The notes beneath the pieces were generated by a model that did no database searches, was not told the origin of the DNA, and saw nothing but the letters and a program-made list of their open reading frames with translations. Shown here one piece after another: positions 22,821-33,087 of a stretch of DNA of 64,000 nucleotides. The first letter of the stretch is position 1, and each line of letters opens with the position of its first letter. The position numbers were made by a program, and so were the translations under genes. The DNA is taken from NCBI GenBank assembly GCA_002842505.1, contig PHDE01000001.1, positions 3,683-67,682 on the forward strand, written 5' to 3'. Source of the stretch: Bacteroidetes bacterium HGW-Bacteroidetes-3 (GTDB lineage: Bacteria; Bacteroidota; Bacteroidia; Flavobacteriales; Flavobacteriaceae).

Positions 22821-24164
22821 TTAAATATTTAACACCAGTGTTGCCGTAAATTTTGAATTCTCAATATCCAACTCAGCTGAATTTACATTATTGCTTTGCG
22901 GATAAAAATTATATGGTGCTGTATTCGTTGCTCTTTGGTATGAAAAATCAATTTTACCACCTCTAAATTTATAACCTGCACCCAAAGAAAACCCTTCTAT
23001 ATTGTCAGAATTTACGGCGTTTTTGTATGGACTGTTTTCCAAGTGATAGCCACCTCTTAGCGAAAAATTGTCAAAACGCCATTCAGTTCCTATGCGCAAC
23101 TCGCCGGCACTCTCCAAATCGGTATCAAAAGCCTGGTTTTCTGCCACAAAATTTGCATTACTTAATTTAATGTTACTATAATTTTTATAGGTATAATCAA
23201 CACTTAAAAGTCCGTTATTGCCAAAAATATAAGCAAAACTTCCCGTTAATTTGCTTGGTGTCCTTAAGTTATAGTCGAAGGAATTTGTGCCCGAAAAATC
23301 TGTAATGGTTTCGTTGGTGTCACTAAAGTAAACTTCGTCATCAAATTCAACAAAATCTTCAGAAAGGTTATACCAAACCGGTGATTGGTAAGCCAAACCC
23401 AAACGAACATTTTCACTTGGTTTTGAAATTACACCAAGATTAAAAGACACCCCATTACCATAAGTTAACAATTCTTGTCGGGAAGACAAATCCAACGTAT
23501 TGCCATTTCCGTCGTTGTTGAATTCTTCAATCAATGTTCTTTGATAATGTTCAATATCATAAGTAGTTACGGAGGCGCCAAGGTATAAATTGTCGTTGTG
23601 CTGTGCGGCAAAAGTAAAAGAATATTTACTGTTTTTTCCGTCGGTGAAATTTTCAAAATATTGTCCTTCAGTAATTCCATAAACTGCCGGAAAAGGGTCA
23701 TAAAAGTCGGTTAATGGCGCAAAACCGCTATTCCCTTCCGCAATCCAAAAATTTTCAAAATCGTTGGCAATGCTGTAATTAAATCCCAATGCAATATTGC
23801 TCCATTCTGAACTGTTGGTAAATCCCCTAAAAACAAATACGCCACCGGCTTGCGATAAGTTGGTGAAATCATTTTCAAATTGTGATTTGTTTCCGTAAAA
23901 ATCAGCAATAGTTTTGGTATTTCTATTGTTAAACGAAACGGAGAATTCACTGTTCAAAAATACGGCTGCACCGGCAGGATTGATGTCCATGGCCGACAAA
24001 TCTCCACCCAAAGCTCCGAAAGCCCCGCTCATGGCATTATAACGGGCGGTACCGTTAATGTTTTCTTTTGAAAACAATACACCAATATCGTTATACCCTA
24101 AGGTTTGTGCATTTAAAAAATAACCAAAACACAATAATGCTGACGCTAAATATAATTTCTTCAT
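22821..24164 (-). CDS. FadL/OmpP1-like outer-membrane transporter
   Basis: Signal peptide, GTARYNAMSGAFGALGGDLSAMDINPAG hatch motif, beta-barrel pattern. Confidence 0.85.
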   Translation of the reverse strand: MKKLYLASALLCFGYFLNAQTLGYNDIGVLFSKENINGTARYNAMSGAFGALGGDLSAMDINPAGAAVFLNSEFSVSFNNRNTKTIADFYGNKSQFENDFTNLSQAGGVFVFRGFTNSSEWSNIALGFNYSIANDFENFWIAEGNSGFAPLTDFYDPFPAVYGITEGQYFENFTDGKNSKYSFTFAAQHNDNLYLGASVTTYDIEHYQRTLIEEFNNDGNGNTLDLSSRQELLTYGNGVSFNLGVISKPSENVRLGLAYQSPVWYNLSEDFVEFDDEVYFSDTNETITDFSGTNSFDYNLRTPSKLTGSFAYIFGNNGLLSVDYTYKNYSNIKLSNANFVAENQAFDTDLESAGELRIGTEWRFDNFSLRGGYHLENSPYKNAVNSDNIEGFSLGAGYKFRGGKIDFSYQRATNTAPYNFYPQSNNVNSAELDIENSKFTATLVLNI

Positions 24165-24196
24165 ATTAATTCCGAATTGTTTAAACCTAAAAATTA

Positions 24197-25426
24197 TTAA
24201 TTATTTCTTCTTGAACTGCCTCTTGATGAGGAAGAATTTGAAGAAGAGGATTGCGATGAACTGCTTCTGCTGGTTGTATTTGAACTTCTGTTTGCTGAAG
24301 AATTTTCATTCCCAGAACTTCTTGTATTGGATGAATTGTTATTATTGTTATTATTGGTATTGTTGGTGCTGTTATTCGTATTATAATTTCGTTGCACGTT
24401 ATTTGATTGGGTGTTATAATTCCTGTTCACGTTACCGGAAGAATTTTCACGATTCGTTGAATTAGGCCTTGCAATAACCGAAGCCGATCTTTGATTTGCA
24501 TAATATCGCTCTAAAGATTGCCCAAAATAATTTGCTGAATTTCTTCTGGCGGAAGAAGATCTTTGACCAGAATTTGAGCCTCTTTGAATGTTATTGTTTG
24601 ATCCTCGCTGAATGGTATTGTTTGATCTTGTGGATTGCCTGTAAATATTGTTATTTCTGTTGCTATTATTGCTTCTGTTTATATTTCCATCAGTGGATCT
24701 TCTTGTGGTTGTATTACCATTTCTGCTGGTTGAATTGGCAGTTGTACTGCTTCTTCGGCTTAAAGTTGACGAATTATTTGTATTGCCATAATCTCTTCTG
24801 CCTGTATTGTAACTTGATCTTTTTCCATAACTGTCATAGTTTCTTCCATAATAATAAGGGTAATTATAGCCGTAATTGGAATAACCCGAATAATAATTAC
24901 CATAATAGCCGTAAAATTCAAAATAGTAAGGATTATAATATCCATAAGAATAATATGGATTGTAATAATTGTATCTGTATGGATTGTAATAATAAGGATA
25001 ATAATTATAATAAGATTGGTAAAATGGGTTGTACCAATAATAATTAGGGCTCATATAGCCATAACCGCTGTTTATGTTAATGACAACATCACCATCATAT
25101 CCCCAAGGCTCGTTGTAATTTGTGGATAATTCGTCATCTTGTACAGCTGCATCATCATATAAATAATCATCAATGTCCGTAAAAGTATCTTCTTGCTTTA
25201 AATTTTGTAAATCGTCAAGTTGTCTGGAAAAATAATTCTGGTCAAAATTAGATTGATTTTCAACAATTACCACCTTATTTGTAGGTTGATTATTTGAAGC
25301 ATAAATGCCGTCATTATCTCCATTGTAGGTACTTTGATAGGCACCACAAGAAAATAAGCTCACGGCCAATATCAAAAAAAGGCCAATTTGTAGATTTTTT
25401 CGGTTAATTATTTTTGAAGCTTTCAT
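24197..25426 (-). CDS. Lipoprotein with Tyr/Asn-rich centre and Arg/Ser/Asn-rich low-complexity tail
   Basis: Lipobox LFSC; YYNPY repeats; C-terminal S/R/N runs. Confidence 0.8.
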   Translation of the reverse strand: MKASKIINRKNLQIGLFLILAVSLFSCGAYQSTYNGDNDGIYASNNQPTNKVVIVENQSNFDQNYFSRQLDDLQNLKQEDTFTDIDDYLYDDAAVQDDELSTNYNEPWGYDGDVVININSGYGYMSPNYYWYNPFYQSYYNYYPYYYNPYRYNYYNPYYSYGYYNPYYFEFYGYYGNYYSGYSNYGYNYPYYYGRNYDSYGKRSSYNTGRRDYGNTNNSSTLSRRSSTTANSTSRNGNTTTRRSTDGNINRSNNSNRNNNIYRQSTRSNNTIQRGSNNNIQRGSNSGQRSSSARRNSANYFGQSLERYYANQRSASVIARPNSTNRENSSGNVNRNYNTQSNNVQRNYNTNNSTNNTNNNNNNNSSNTRSSGNENSSANRSSNTTSRSSSSQSSSSNSSSSRGSSRRNN

Positions 25427-25531
25427 AATCAGTTGTGGTTTTTATTGTTGAACTATTTAAAAAAAACTAATTTTGTCGAAATTAATAATTTTCATTAAAA
25501 TAGGCGCAACATTTATGCCAAACTTTTGATT

Positions 25532-27010
25532 ATGGGCAAGAATTTAACAAAGAGAGAAACCGACTATTCCAAGTGGTATAATGAACTTGTGGTTAAGGCC
25601 GATTTGGCTGAAAACTCCGGGGTTAGAGGCTGTATGGTTATCAAACCTTATGGCTATGCAATTTGGGAAAAAATGCAGGCTGAATTGGACAGAATGTTTA
25701 AAGAAACAGGCCACGAAAACGCTTATTTTCCGCTTTTTGTCCCTAAAAGCATGTTTGAGGCCGAAGAAAAGAATGCAGAAGGCTTTGCCAAAGAATGTGC
25801 CGTAGTAACTCATTATCGATTAAAAAATGATCCGGACAAACCGGGAAAATTAATGGTCGACCCCAATGCGAAATTAGAGGAAGAATTAATTGTTCGACCT
25901 ACAAGCGAAGCCATTATTTGGAGCACTTATAAAGGATGGATCCAATCTTATCGCGATTTACCGCTATTAATTAACCAATGGGCAAATGTTGTGCGTTGGG
26001 AAATGCGCACCAGGTTATTTTTGCGCACTGCAGAATTTTTATGGCAAGAGGGCCATACCGCCCATGCACTTAAAGATGAAGCCATTGCAGAAGCGGAATT
26101 GATATTAAATGTTTATAGCGATTTTGCCGAGAATTTTATGGCAATGCCCGTGATAAAAGGGTTAAAAACCGAAAGCGAACGATTTGCGGGTGCTGAAGAA
26201 ACCTATTGCATTGAGGGGTTAATGCAGGACGGAAAAGCGCTACAAGCAGGCACTTCGCACTTTTTAGGCCAAAATTTCTCAAAAGCATTCGATGTAAAAT
26301 TTACCTCAAAAGAAGGAAAACAGGAATACGTTTGGGCCACATCTTGGGGGGTTTCCACGCGATTGATTGGCGCTTTAATTATGACACATTCCGATGATTT
26401 GGGATTGGTGCTTCCCCCAAACCTTGCGCCAATTCAAGTGGTTATTATTCCTATTCATAAAACGGACGAGCAATTGGACGCCATTTCAGCCAAAATTGAT
26501 GAAATTGTAAAAGATTTACGCAAAAAAGGCATTTCAGTAAAATATGACAATAGAACCACTTATAAACCCGGCTGGAAATTTGCGGAATATGAACTTAAAG
26601 GCGTTCCTTTAAGAATTGCCATGGGACCAAAAGATTTAGAAAATGGCACTTTGGAAATTGCGCGAAGAGACACCCTTGAAAAGCAAAATATAGCTCAAAA
26701 TTCTGTTGTTGAGTATGTTGAAAAAACGCTAAAAGAAATTCAGGAAAATTTATTTCAGAAAGCGCATCTTTTTAGGGAAACACATATTACAGAAGTCAAT
26801 TCTTTTGAGGAGTTTAAAGAAGTGTTGGAAACTAAGGGCGGATTTATTTCAGCCCATTGGGACGGCACCGCTGAAACGGAAGAAAAAATTAAGGATTTAA
26901 CAAAAGCAACGATAAGATGTATCCCTTTAAATAATAAAATTGAGGCAGGAAAGTGCGTGTTTACTGGGGAAACTTCAGCCCAAAGAGTATTATTTGCGAA
27001 AGCCTATTAA
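25532..27010 (+). CDS. proS: Prolyl-tRNA synthetase (archaeal/eukaryote-like type)
   Basis: [34 protein letters not shown]-terminal domain ending FAKAY; start set to ATG 25532. Confidence 0.97.
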   Translation: MGKNLTKRETDYSKWYNELVVKADLAENSGVRGCMVIKPYGYAIWEKMQAELDRMFKETGHENAYFPLFVPKSMFEAEEKNAEGFAKECAVVTHYRLKNDPDKPGKLMVDPNAKLEEELIVRPTSEAIIWSTYKGWIQSYRDLPLLINQWANVVRWEMRTRLFLRTAEFLWQEGHTAHALKDEAIAEAELILNVYSDFAENFMAMPVIKGLKTESERFAGAEETYCIEGLMQDGKALQAGTSHFLGQNFSKAFDVKFTSKEGKQEYVWATSWGVSTRLIGALIMTHSDDLGLVLPPNLAPIQVVIIPIHKTDEQLDAISAKIDEIVKDLRKKGISVKYDNRTTYKPGWKFAEYELKGVPLRIAMGPKDLENGTLEIARRDTLEKQNIAQNSVVEYVEKTLKEIQENLFQKAHLFRETHITEVNSFEEFKEVLETKGGFISAHWDGTAETEEKIKDLTKATIRCIPLNNKIEAGKCVFTGETSAQRVLFAKAY

Positions 27011-27026
27011 TTTTCTACAGAAATAT

Positions 27027-27056
27027 TTTGTGGTATTAAAAATAGTTGTATTTTTG
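27027..27056 (+). promoter_or_regulatory. Canonical Bacteroidota promoter for tRNA-Glu/rpsT
   Basis: TTTG (27027-27030), 18-nt spacer, TATTTTTG (27049-27056). Confidence 0.7.
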
Positions 27057-27097
27057 CATCCGCATTGACAAAATAGAATTGTCAATAAATACATAAT

Positions 27098-27169
27098 GGT
27101 CCGTTCGTCTAGGGGTTAGGACGCCAGGTTTTCATCCTGGTAACAGGGGTTCGATTCCCCTACGGACTA
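27098..27169 (+). tRNA. tRNA-Glu (TTC)
   Basis: Acceptor GGTCCGT/ACGGACT, anticodon arm CCAGG-TTTTCAT-CCTGG, T-arm GGTTCGATTCC; CCA not encoded. Confidence 0.97.
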
Positions 27170-27193
27170 CAAAAAAGTAAAAAAAATATAAAA

Positions 27194-27445
27194 ATGGCAA
27201 ATCACAAGTCAGCATTAAAGAGAATTAGAAGCAATCGCGCTAAGCAATTAAGAAATAAATATCAGCATAAAACAACTCGTAATGCTGTTAGAAACTTACG
27301 CGCAGCAACCGAAAAAGAAGAAGCTGTAGCGTTATTTCCAAAAGTAGTTTCAATGCTTGACAAATTAGCAAAGAAAAATGTTATCCACAAAAATAAAGCG
27401 GGTAACTTAAAATCTAAATTGGCCAAGCACGTAGCTGCGTTATAA
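27194..27445 (+). CDS. rpsT: 30S ribosomal protein S20
   Basis: [12 protein letters not shown]...[14 protein letters not shown]. Confidence 0.98.
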   Translation: MANHKSALKRIRSNRAKQLRNKYQHKTTRNAVRNLRAATEKEEAVALFPKVVSMLDKLAKKNVIHKNKAGNLKSKLAKHVAAL

Positions 27446-27463
27446 TTTATTTAAATACAATTT

Positions 27464-27493
27464 AAAAAGCATCCCTTATGTGGATGCTTTTTT
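27464..27493. terminator. Bidirectional terminator between rpsT and rodA
   Basis: AAAAAGCATCC / GGATGCTTTTT arms. Confidence 0.8.
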
Positions 27494-27526
27494 ATTTGGG
27501 ATAATTTTGGCTTATTTAAAGAAAAA

Positions 27527-28804
27527 CTACCACTCATAAGTTTTGTTGGCATCTAGCCTAACAAATATAAAAAGCAATATCGTGAATCCCCAAAGTGCCG
27601 AACCGCCGTAGCTAAAAAACGGCAAGGGAATCCCAATAGTGGGCACCAATCCAATCACCATTCCTATATTTATGGCGAAATGCATAAAAAATATAGCGAC
27701 AATGCTATACCCATAAATTCTGCTGAATTTAGATTTTTGCTGTTCCGCCTTATTGATAATTCTCAATAAAAAGGCAACGAACAACAGTATGACAAAAGCG
27801 CTGCCGAGAAAACCCCATTCTTCACCAACTGTGGTAAATATATAATCTGTATTTTGTTCAGGCACAAAATTTCCCTGCGTTTTTTCACCATCAAGGAATC
27901 CTTTCCCAAAAAGACCTCCAGAAGCTATTGTGGTGACCGATTGGTTGGTATTGTAACCAATACCTTTTATATCAACAGTTTTGCCAAGTATGATATCAAA
28001 TCTGTCTCTGTGGTGTTGTTTAAATACATGGTTAAAAACAAAATCGATACTAAAAATAAACAAAGCCGACATCAAATAAATACCTGTTATTTTAATCCAT
28101 CCCTTTTTAAAAGCTCTTGGGCGGTAAAAAATAAAAAATACTAGAATACAAATAAACAGAATTAGGGAGCTAATTAACGTCACTTTGTAGCCTAAAAAAA
28201 GGGTAATTACAAATAGAAATAAAGCTATAAACCCAACTGTGATGTAATAAAAAGGCAATCCTTCTCTGTACAGCACAAAAATAAATGCCAAATAAACCAA
28301 TGCTGAACCCGGATCGGGTTGCATTATTATAAGAGCTGCGGGAAAAAATAACACCAATAATGCCTGTGCCTGAACTGATCGCTTTTTTAAATTGAATTGT
28401 TTATCACTTACCATTTTGGCAATTGCCAATGCTGTTGCGGCTTTGGCAATTTCAGAAGGCTGAAAACTAAAATTTCCTATGGCATACCAAGAGGTTGACC
28501 CATTAATGTTTTTGCCCAGAACAAAAAGTCCCGCAAGCAATATTAAAGTGATAACATAAATAATTGAGGCGTATTTTTCGTAAAATTTAGCTTCAAACAT
28601 CAATATCAGTAAAATAATGGGAAGGCTAAGCCCAATCCAAATAAGTTGTTTTCCATATTCAGTTGAAAAATTTAATAGGTCAAATTGAATCTCATTAATT
28701 GTTGCGGCATAGATATTAATCCATCCCAAAAAGATAAATACGAAATAGAATAAAACCAAGATCCAATCAATTCCGTGAAATATATTGTCTTTTCTACTTC
28801 TCAA
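27527..28804 (-). CDS. rodA: Rod shape-determining SEDS protein RodA
   Basis: FQPSEIAK, QPDPGS, PEQNTDYIF, GIPLPFFSYGGS. Confidence 0.96.
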   Translation of the reverse strand: MRSRKDNIFHGIDWILVLFYFVFIFLGWINIYAATINEIQFDLLNFSTEYGKQLIWIGLSLPIILLILMFEAKFYEKYASIIYVITLILLAGLFVLGKNINGSTSWYAIGNFSFQPSEIAKAATALAIAKMVSDKQFNLKKRSVQAQALLVLFFPAALIIMQPDPGSALVYLAFIFVLYREGLPFYYITVGFIALFLFVITLFLGYKVTLISSLILFICILVFFIFYRPRAFKKGWIKITGIYLMSALFIFSIDFVFNHVFKQHHRDRFDIILGKTVDIKGIGYNTNQSVTTIASGGLFGKGFLDGEKTQGNFVPEQNTDYIFTTVGEEWGFLGSAFVILLFVAFLLRIINKAEQQKSKFSRIYGYSIVAIFFMHFAINIGMVIGLVPTIGIPLPFFSYGGSALWGFTILLFIFVRLDANKTYEW

Positions 28805-30662
28805 CTTTTAATGTTTCTTTTAATGTTTCTTTTAATTGTTTATCATATTCTTCCTGAATACTTCCTTCAAACATTCTTTCTTCCACCAACGGCCTTGAGG
28901 TTTTTCCGTTTAAGTATTTTTCTATCATTAATGTTGCAATTGGTCCCGCCCATCTGGCTCCCCAATAGCCGTTTTCAACAAAAACCGCAATGGCAATTTT
29001 CGGATTGTCTTTTGGCGCGAATGCGATAAATATGGAATGGTCCTGCCCATGTGGATTTTCGGATGTTCCTGTTTTCCCGCAAATCTGGATACCTTCCACC
29101 ATGGAACCCCTTGCAGTTCCTCTCGGATTGTCAAATACATCAAATAATCCTTCAATTACAGGCTTAAAATTTTTTTTATCTATAGTCGTGTAAACAGGTG
29201 TAGTGAATTTTTTATCCAGCGGTCTCCCTTTAATTTTTTTTGCAATATGTGGAACATAATAAAATCCTTCATTTGCTATTGCCGCAGTCATATTTGCCAA
29301 TTGAATTGGTGTGGTTAACACTTCTCCTTGCCCAATTGCATTAGATATGGTGGCAGTGGATCTCCATCGTCCGTTTGGGTAAATTCTATTATATAAATTA
29401 CCGTCGGGAATATTTCCCTTTTGGCCAACAGACAAATCGTTGTCTAAGTAATTTCCCAAACCAAAACTTTTGGCATGCTTGCTCCAAACATTCATTCCCT
29501 CTGTTGGGGTGGGAAATTTTTCTATAACCTTTCTGTAAGCCGTGGCAAAATAACTGTTGCAGGAACGATAAATTGCTTTATTTAATGCAACAGGGCTGCC
29601 GCCAGTTTCGCAATGACATCGCATAAAGGAACCTTTCCCTGATCCATATTTATAACCGCCAAAACACTGAATGCTGGTTTCCGTGGTAATAACATTTTCT
29701 TGCAAAGCAGCCAAGGCAGAAATAACCTTAAAAGGCGATCCAGGCGGATATTGGGCCTGCAAACCTCTATCTAACAGCGGTTTATTGACACTGTCGAGAT
29801 AGAATTTTGTGAAATTTTTTGAACGGTCTCTGCCAACCATTAAATTTGGATCATACGTTGGTGTGGAAACCATCGCCAATATTTCCCCAGTTGAAGGTTC
29901 AATCGCAACAATGCCTCCCCGTTTATTTGCCATTAAAGCCTCTCCATATTGCTGCAATACCGCATCAATGGTTAAGGTAATGTCATTTCCGGAAATTGGA
30001 AGCGTATCGTATAATCCATTTTTAAAAGAGCCAATTTCCTTGTTAAATCTATCGCGCTGGATAAATTTAACGCCCTTAATGCCTCTCAATTCCTTTTCAT
30101 AAGTTTTTTCAACTCCTGCCGTACCGATTAATTCACCCAAATGATAATTTGAATTTTTATTAATCATCATTTCATTTACCTCGCTTATATAACCAAGCAC
30201 ATTTGCCGCAGAATTTTTGGGATACTCTCTCAATGAACGTTTTTGAATATAAAACCCCTTAAACTTGTACAATATTTCCTGCAAAGAAGCATAATCATCT
30301 TTAGAAACCTGCGCTAAAAATGTAGATGGAATTCGCGTGGAATAGTGTGATGCCCTAGCAATTTTGTCAATAAATTCCTGTTTTGTAATTTTAAGCAAGG
30401 TACAAAAAGCAGTGGTATCTAAAGGTTTCACTTCCCTTGGAATAACCATAATATCATACGATAATTGATTGGCTACCATCAAAACACCATTTCTGTCGAA
30501 TATATATCCTCGTTCAGGATAATCGTACATTACTTTAACGGCCGAATTATTAATTGTGGGCGTGTTAAACGAATTGTTAAGTACCTGCAAATAAAATAAG
30601 CGCGCAAGATATACAACTGCTATAAAAATAATTAAAAAAGATAATAAGCCCGTTCTCTTCAT
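28794..30662 (-). CDS. mrdA: Penicillin-binding protein 2
   Basis: PPGSPFK (SxxK), SCN, GKTGT; lies within the mre operon. Confidence 0.96.
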   Translation of the reverse strand: MKRTGLLSFLIIFIAVVYLARLFYLQVLNNSFNTPTINNSAVKVMYDYPERGYIFDRNGVLMVANQLSYDIMVIPREVKPLDTTAFCTLLKITKQEFIDKIARASHYSTRIPSTFLAQVSKDDYASLQEILYKFKGFYIQKRSLREYPKNSAANVLGYISEVNEMMINKNSNYHLGELIGTAGVEKTYEKELRGIKGVKFIQRDRFNKEIGSFKNGLYDTLPISGNDITLTIDAVLQQYGEALMANKRGGIVAIEPSTGEILAMVSTPTYDPNLMVGRDRSKNFTKFYLDSVNKPLLDRGLQAQYPPGSPFKVISALAALQENVITTETSIQCFGGYKYGSGKGSFMRCHCETGGSPVALNKAIYRSCNSYFATAYRKVIEKFPTPTEGMNVWSKHAKSFGLGNYLDNDLSVGQKGNIPDGNLYNRIYPNGRWRSTATISNAIGQGEVLTTPIQLANMTAAIANEGFYYVPHIAKKIKGRPLDKKFTTPVYTTIDKKNFKPVIEGLFDVFDNPRGTARGSMVEGIQICGKTGTSENPHGQDHSIFIAFAPKDNPKIAIAVFVENGYWGARWAGPIATLMIEKYLNGKTSRPLVEERMFEGSIQEEYDKQLKETLKETLKVEK

Positions 30663-31168
30663 TATTTCTTTTTTGTAAAAAGAACAATTCCCAAAGCACT
30701 AATAAGTATTGTAAAAATACTTGTTAAAATGGTATTGGAAATAACCCTTGTGATTGCATCAAAACTAAAATATTCCAAACCAAAAACAATAAAATGATGC
30801 ATCATTGTAAGTATGGCAATAAATAAAAACGCTTTGTTAAATGAAATGGTTCTCAAATTAAATTGCGCATAGTCCAAGTCCGATTTTCTTAAAACAGTTT
30901 TTAATATTGGAAGTCTAAAATAGGCAATAAACGTTATGGCAAAAGCATTTATTCCACCTGAATCCGAAAAAAAATCTATGGAGAGACCCAACAAAAAACT
31001 TAATATTAACAATAAACTTTTTGATTTTCGAACAGGAAATAAAAATACCCATACAATATAAACCATCGGATTGATATAGCCAAATATATTCACATGGTTA
31101 AATATCAAAACCTGTAAAAACAGCAATGCTATAAAACGAATGATATTATTTAGCGCTACATTATTCAT
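30662..31168 (-). CDS. mreD: Rod shape-determining protein MreD
   Basis: Hydrophobic multi-TM protein between mreC and mrdA, GLSIDFFSDSGG; start set to ATG 31168. Confidence 0.85.
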   Translation of the reverse strand: MNNVALNNIIRFIALLFLQVLIFNHVNIFGYINPMVYIVWVFLFPVRKSKSLLLILSFLLGLSIDFFSDSGGINAFAITFIAYFRLPILKTVLRKSDLDYAQFNLRTISFNKAFLFIAILTMMHHFIVFGLEYFSFDAITRVISNTILTSIFTILISALGIVLFTKKK

Positions 31169-31991
31169 TTTCAATGCTTTGTTCAAGAATTACTTGTTCA
31201 TTCTTATGAAGATTTTTAACAATTTGAACCTCGCCAATGGCACTCATATCATTAAACAACAAGATATTTATAACTTGGTATTTGTTCTGTTCGTATTTAA
31301 AATCTTTTATGACACCAACTTCTATGCCTTCAGGAAAAATTGACGATTTACCTCCAGTAACAATGGTGTCACCCTCTTTAACCAAGGCCTGTCGGGGAAT
31401 ATCAATTACTTGGGTGATGTTGTAATCTTTTCCGTCCCAAACCAAAGTGCCAAAATAATTGCTGTTTTTAAGACGAACATTGATTTTAGAATTGTTGTTT
31501 AAAATGGATAACACCGTAGCGTAATTAGAAGACACATTTTTAATGACCCCAATAATTCCTTTGCTGTTTATAACCCCTAAATCTTGCGTTAACCCATGTT
31601 TGGAGCCTTTGTTCAGCGTTAAAAAATTATTTCTTTTGGCATAATTATTATTGATAACTTTTGCGACGGAATATTCATATTTTTGGAAATATTGGGTACT
31701 GTCAATAACAGTGAAACTGTCTAAATTATAGGTGTTTCCCCTTCTTTCCAAAAGATTTTTTAAACGCGCATTTTCTTCGCTTAAAAGTTCATTGTCTTTT
31801 TTTAAATGAAAAAACGCATTGATGGAATTCACTTTATTATAAACGCCACCGCTTATGAAATTGGCGGAATTGACAAATTTACTTTGATGGTAAGAATTGT
31901 CTTGAATTATAATTATAAAAGCTAAAATTTCTAAAACTATAAACAGCAGAAAGTATCTGAATTTTTTAATAAAATAAATGATTTGCCGCAT
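31161..31991 (-). CDS. mreC: Rod shape-determining protein MreC
   Basis: N-terminal TM, coiled coil, GDTIVTGG...IFPEGI. Confidence 0.93.
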   Translation of the reverse strand: MRQIIYFIKKFRYFLLFIVLEILAFIIIIQDNSYHQSKFVNSANFISGGVYNKVNSINAFFHLKKDNELLSEENARLKNLLERRGNTYNLDSFTVIDSTQYFQKYEYSVAKVINNNYAKRNNFLTLNKGSKHGLTQDLGVINSKGIIGVIKNVSSNYATVLSILNNNSKINVRLKNSNYFGTLVWDGKDYNITQVIDIPRQALVKEGDTIVTGGKSSIFPEGIEVGVIKDFKYEQNKYQVINILLFNDMSAIGEVQIVKNLHKNEQVILEQSIENE

Positions 31992-32011
31992 ATAAACAAT
32001 AGAAAATTAAC

Positions 32012-33040
32012 CTATTTCATTAATACATTTTTGAATTTTTCAAGATCTTTTAATGCTATTCCCGTTCCTCTAACTACGGCTCGTAAAGGGTCTTCGGCAA
32101 TATACACAGGCAAATCTGTTTTCCTTGACAAACGTTTGTCCAACCCTCGAAGCATAGAACCGCCACCGGCCAAATAAATTCCGGTATTGTAAATGTCGGC
32201 TGCCAATTCAGGCGGTGTTTTTGAAAGCGTTTCCATAACGGCATCTTCAATTCTCAAAATGGACTTGTCCAATGCTTTTGAAATTTCTCTGTATGAAACC
32301 TGAACCTGTTTTGGTTTTCCGCTCAATAAATCGCGCCCTTGCACAAGCATATCTTCTGGCGGAACTTCCAAATCTTCCGTAGCGGCACCAACTTGAATTT
32401 TTATTTTTTCGGCAGTGCGTTCCCCAACATATAAATTATGTTGCGTTCTCATATAATAAGCAATGTCATTGGTAAAAACATCACCGGCAACTTTAATGGA
32501 TTTATCGCAAACAATACCGCCCAAAGCAATCACCGCAATTTCGGTTGTTCCGCCTCCTATATCAATAATCATATTTCCTTTTGGTTGCATAATATCAATG
32601 CCAATACCTATGGATGCTGCCATTGGTTCATGAATTAAAAATATTTCTTTGGCATTCATGTGTTCTGCAGAATCAATTACGGCACGTTTTTCAACTTCAG
32701 TAATTCCCGACGGAATACAAATTACCATGCGCAATGAAGGTGCGAAAAAGCGTTTTTTAATGCTTGGAATATTTTTTATAAACTCTTTTATCATTTGTTC
32801 CGAAGCTTCAAAATCGGCAATTACGCCATCTTTTAGCGGTCGGATAGTTTTAATGTTTTCGTGGGTTTTCCCTTGCATTAAACTGGCTTTTTTTCCGGTT
32901 GCAATAATTTTACCGGTGCTTCTGTCTCTTGCAACAATAGAAGGCTCATCCACAACCACTTTACCCTCATGAATAATAAGTGTGTTGGCAGTGCCTAAAT
33001 CAATAGCAATGTCCTCGGTCATAAAGTCGAAAAAACCCAT
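32012..33040 (-). CDS. mreB: Actin-like MreB
   Basis: IAIDLGTANT, PLKDGVIADF, DIGGGTTE, LAGGGSMLRG. Confidence 0.98.
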   Translation of the reverse strand: MGFFDFMTEDIAIDLGTANTLIIHEGKVVVDEPSIVARDRSTGKIIATGKKASLMQGKTHENIKTIRPLKDGVIADFEASEQMIKEFIKNIPSIKKRFFAPSLRMVICIPSGITEVEKRAVIDSAEHMNAKEIFLIHEPMAASIGIGIDIMQPKGNMIIDIGGGTTEIAVIALGGIVCDKSIKVAGDVFTNDIAYYMRTQHNLYVGERTAEKIKIQVGAATEDLEVPPEDMLVQGRDLLSGKPKQVQVSYREISKALDKSILRIEDAVMETLSKTPPELAADIYNTGIYLAGGGSMLRGLDKRLSRKTDLPVYIAEDPLRAVVRGTGIALKDLEKFKNVLMK

Positions 33041-33087
33041 ATTCTTTTATTGTTTATTAAATTTGAAATCTTACAAAGTTACTTAAA

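Noticed and set aside
22542-22832. 96-aa + strand ORF with an internal repeat
   Set aside because: It is the antisense read-through of the tandem start-codon elements and the nfuA promoter; no coding features.
24211-25047. Cys/Tyr/Asn-rich ORFs (84, 183 and 61 aa)
   Set aside because: Antisense or alternate frames of the Asn/Ser/Tyr-rich lipoprotein gene.
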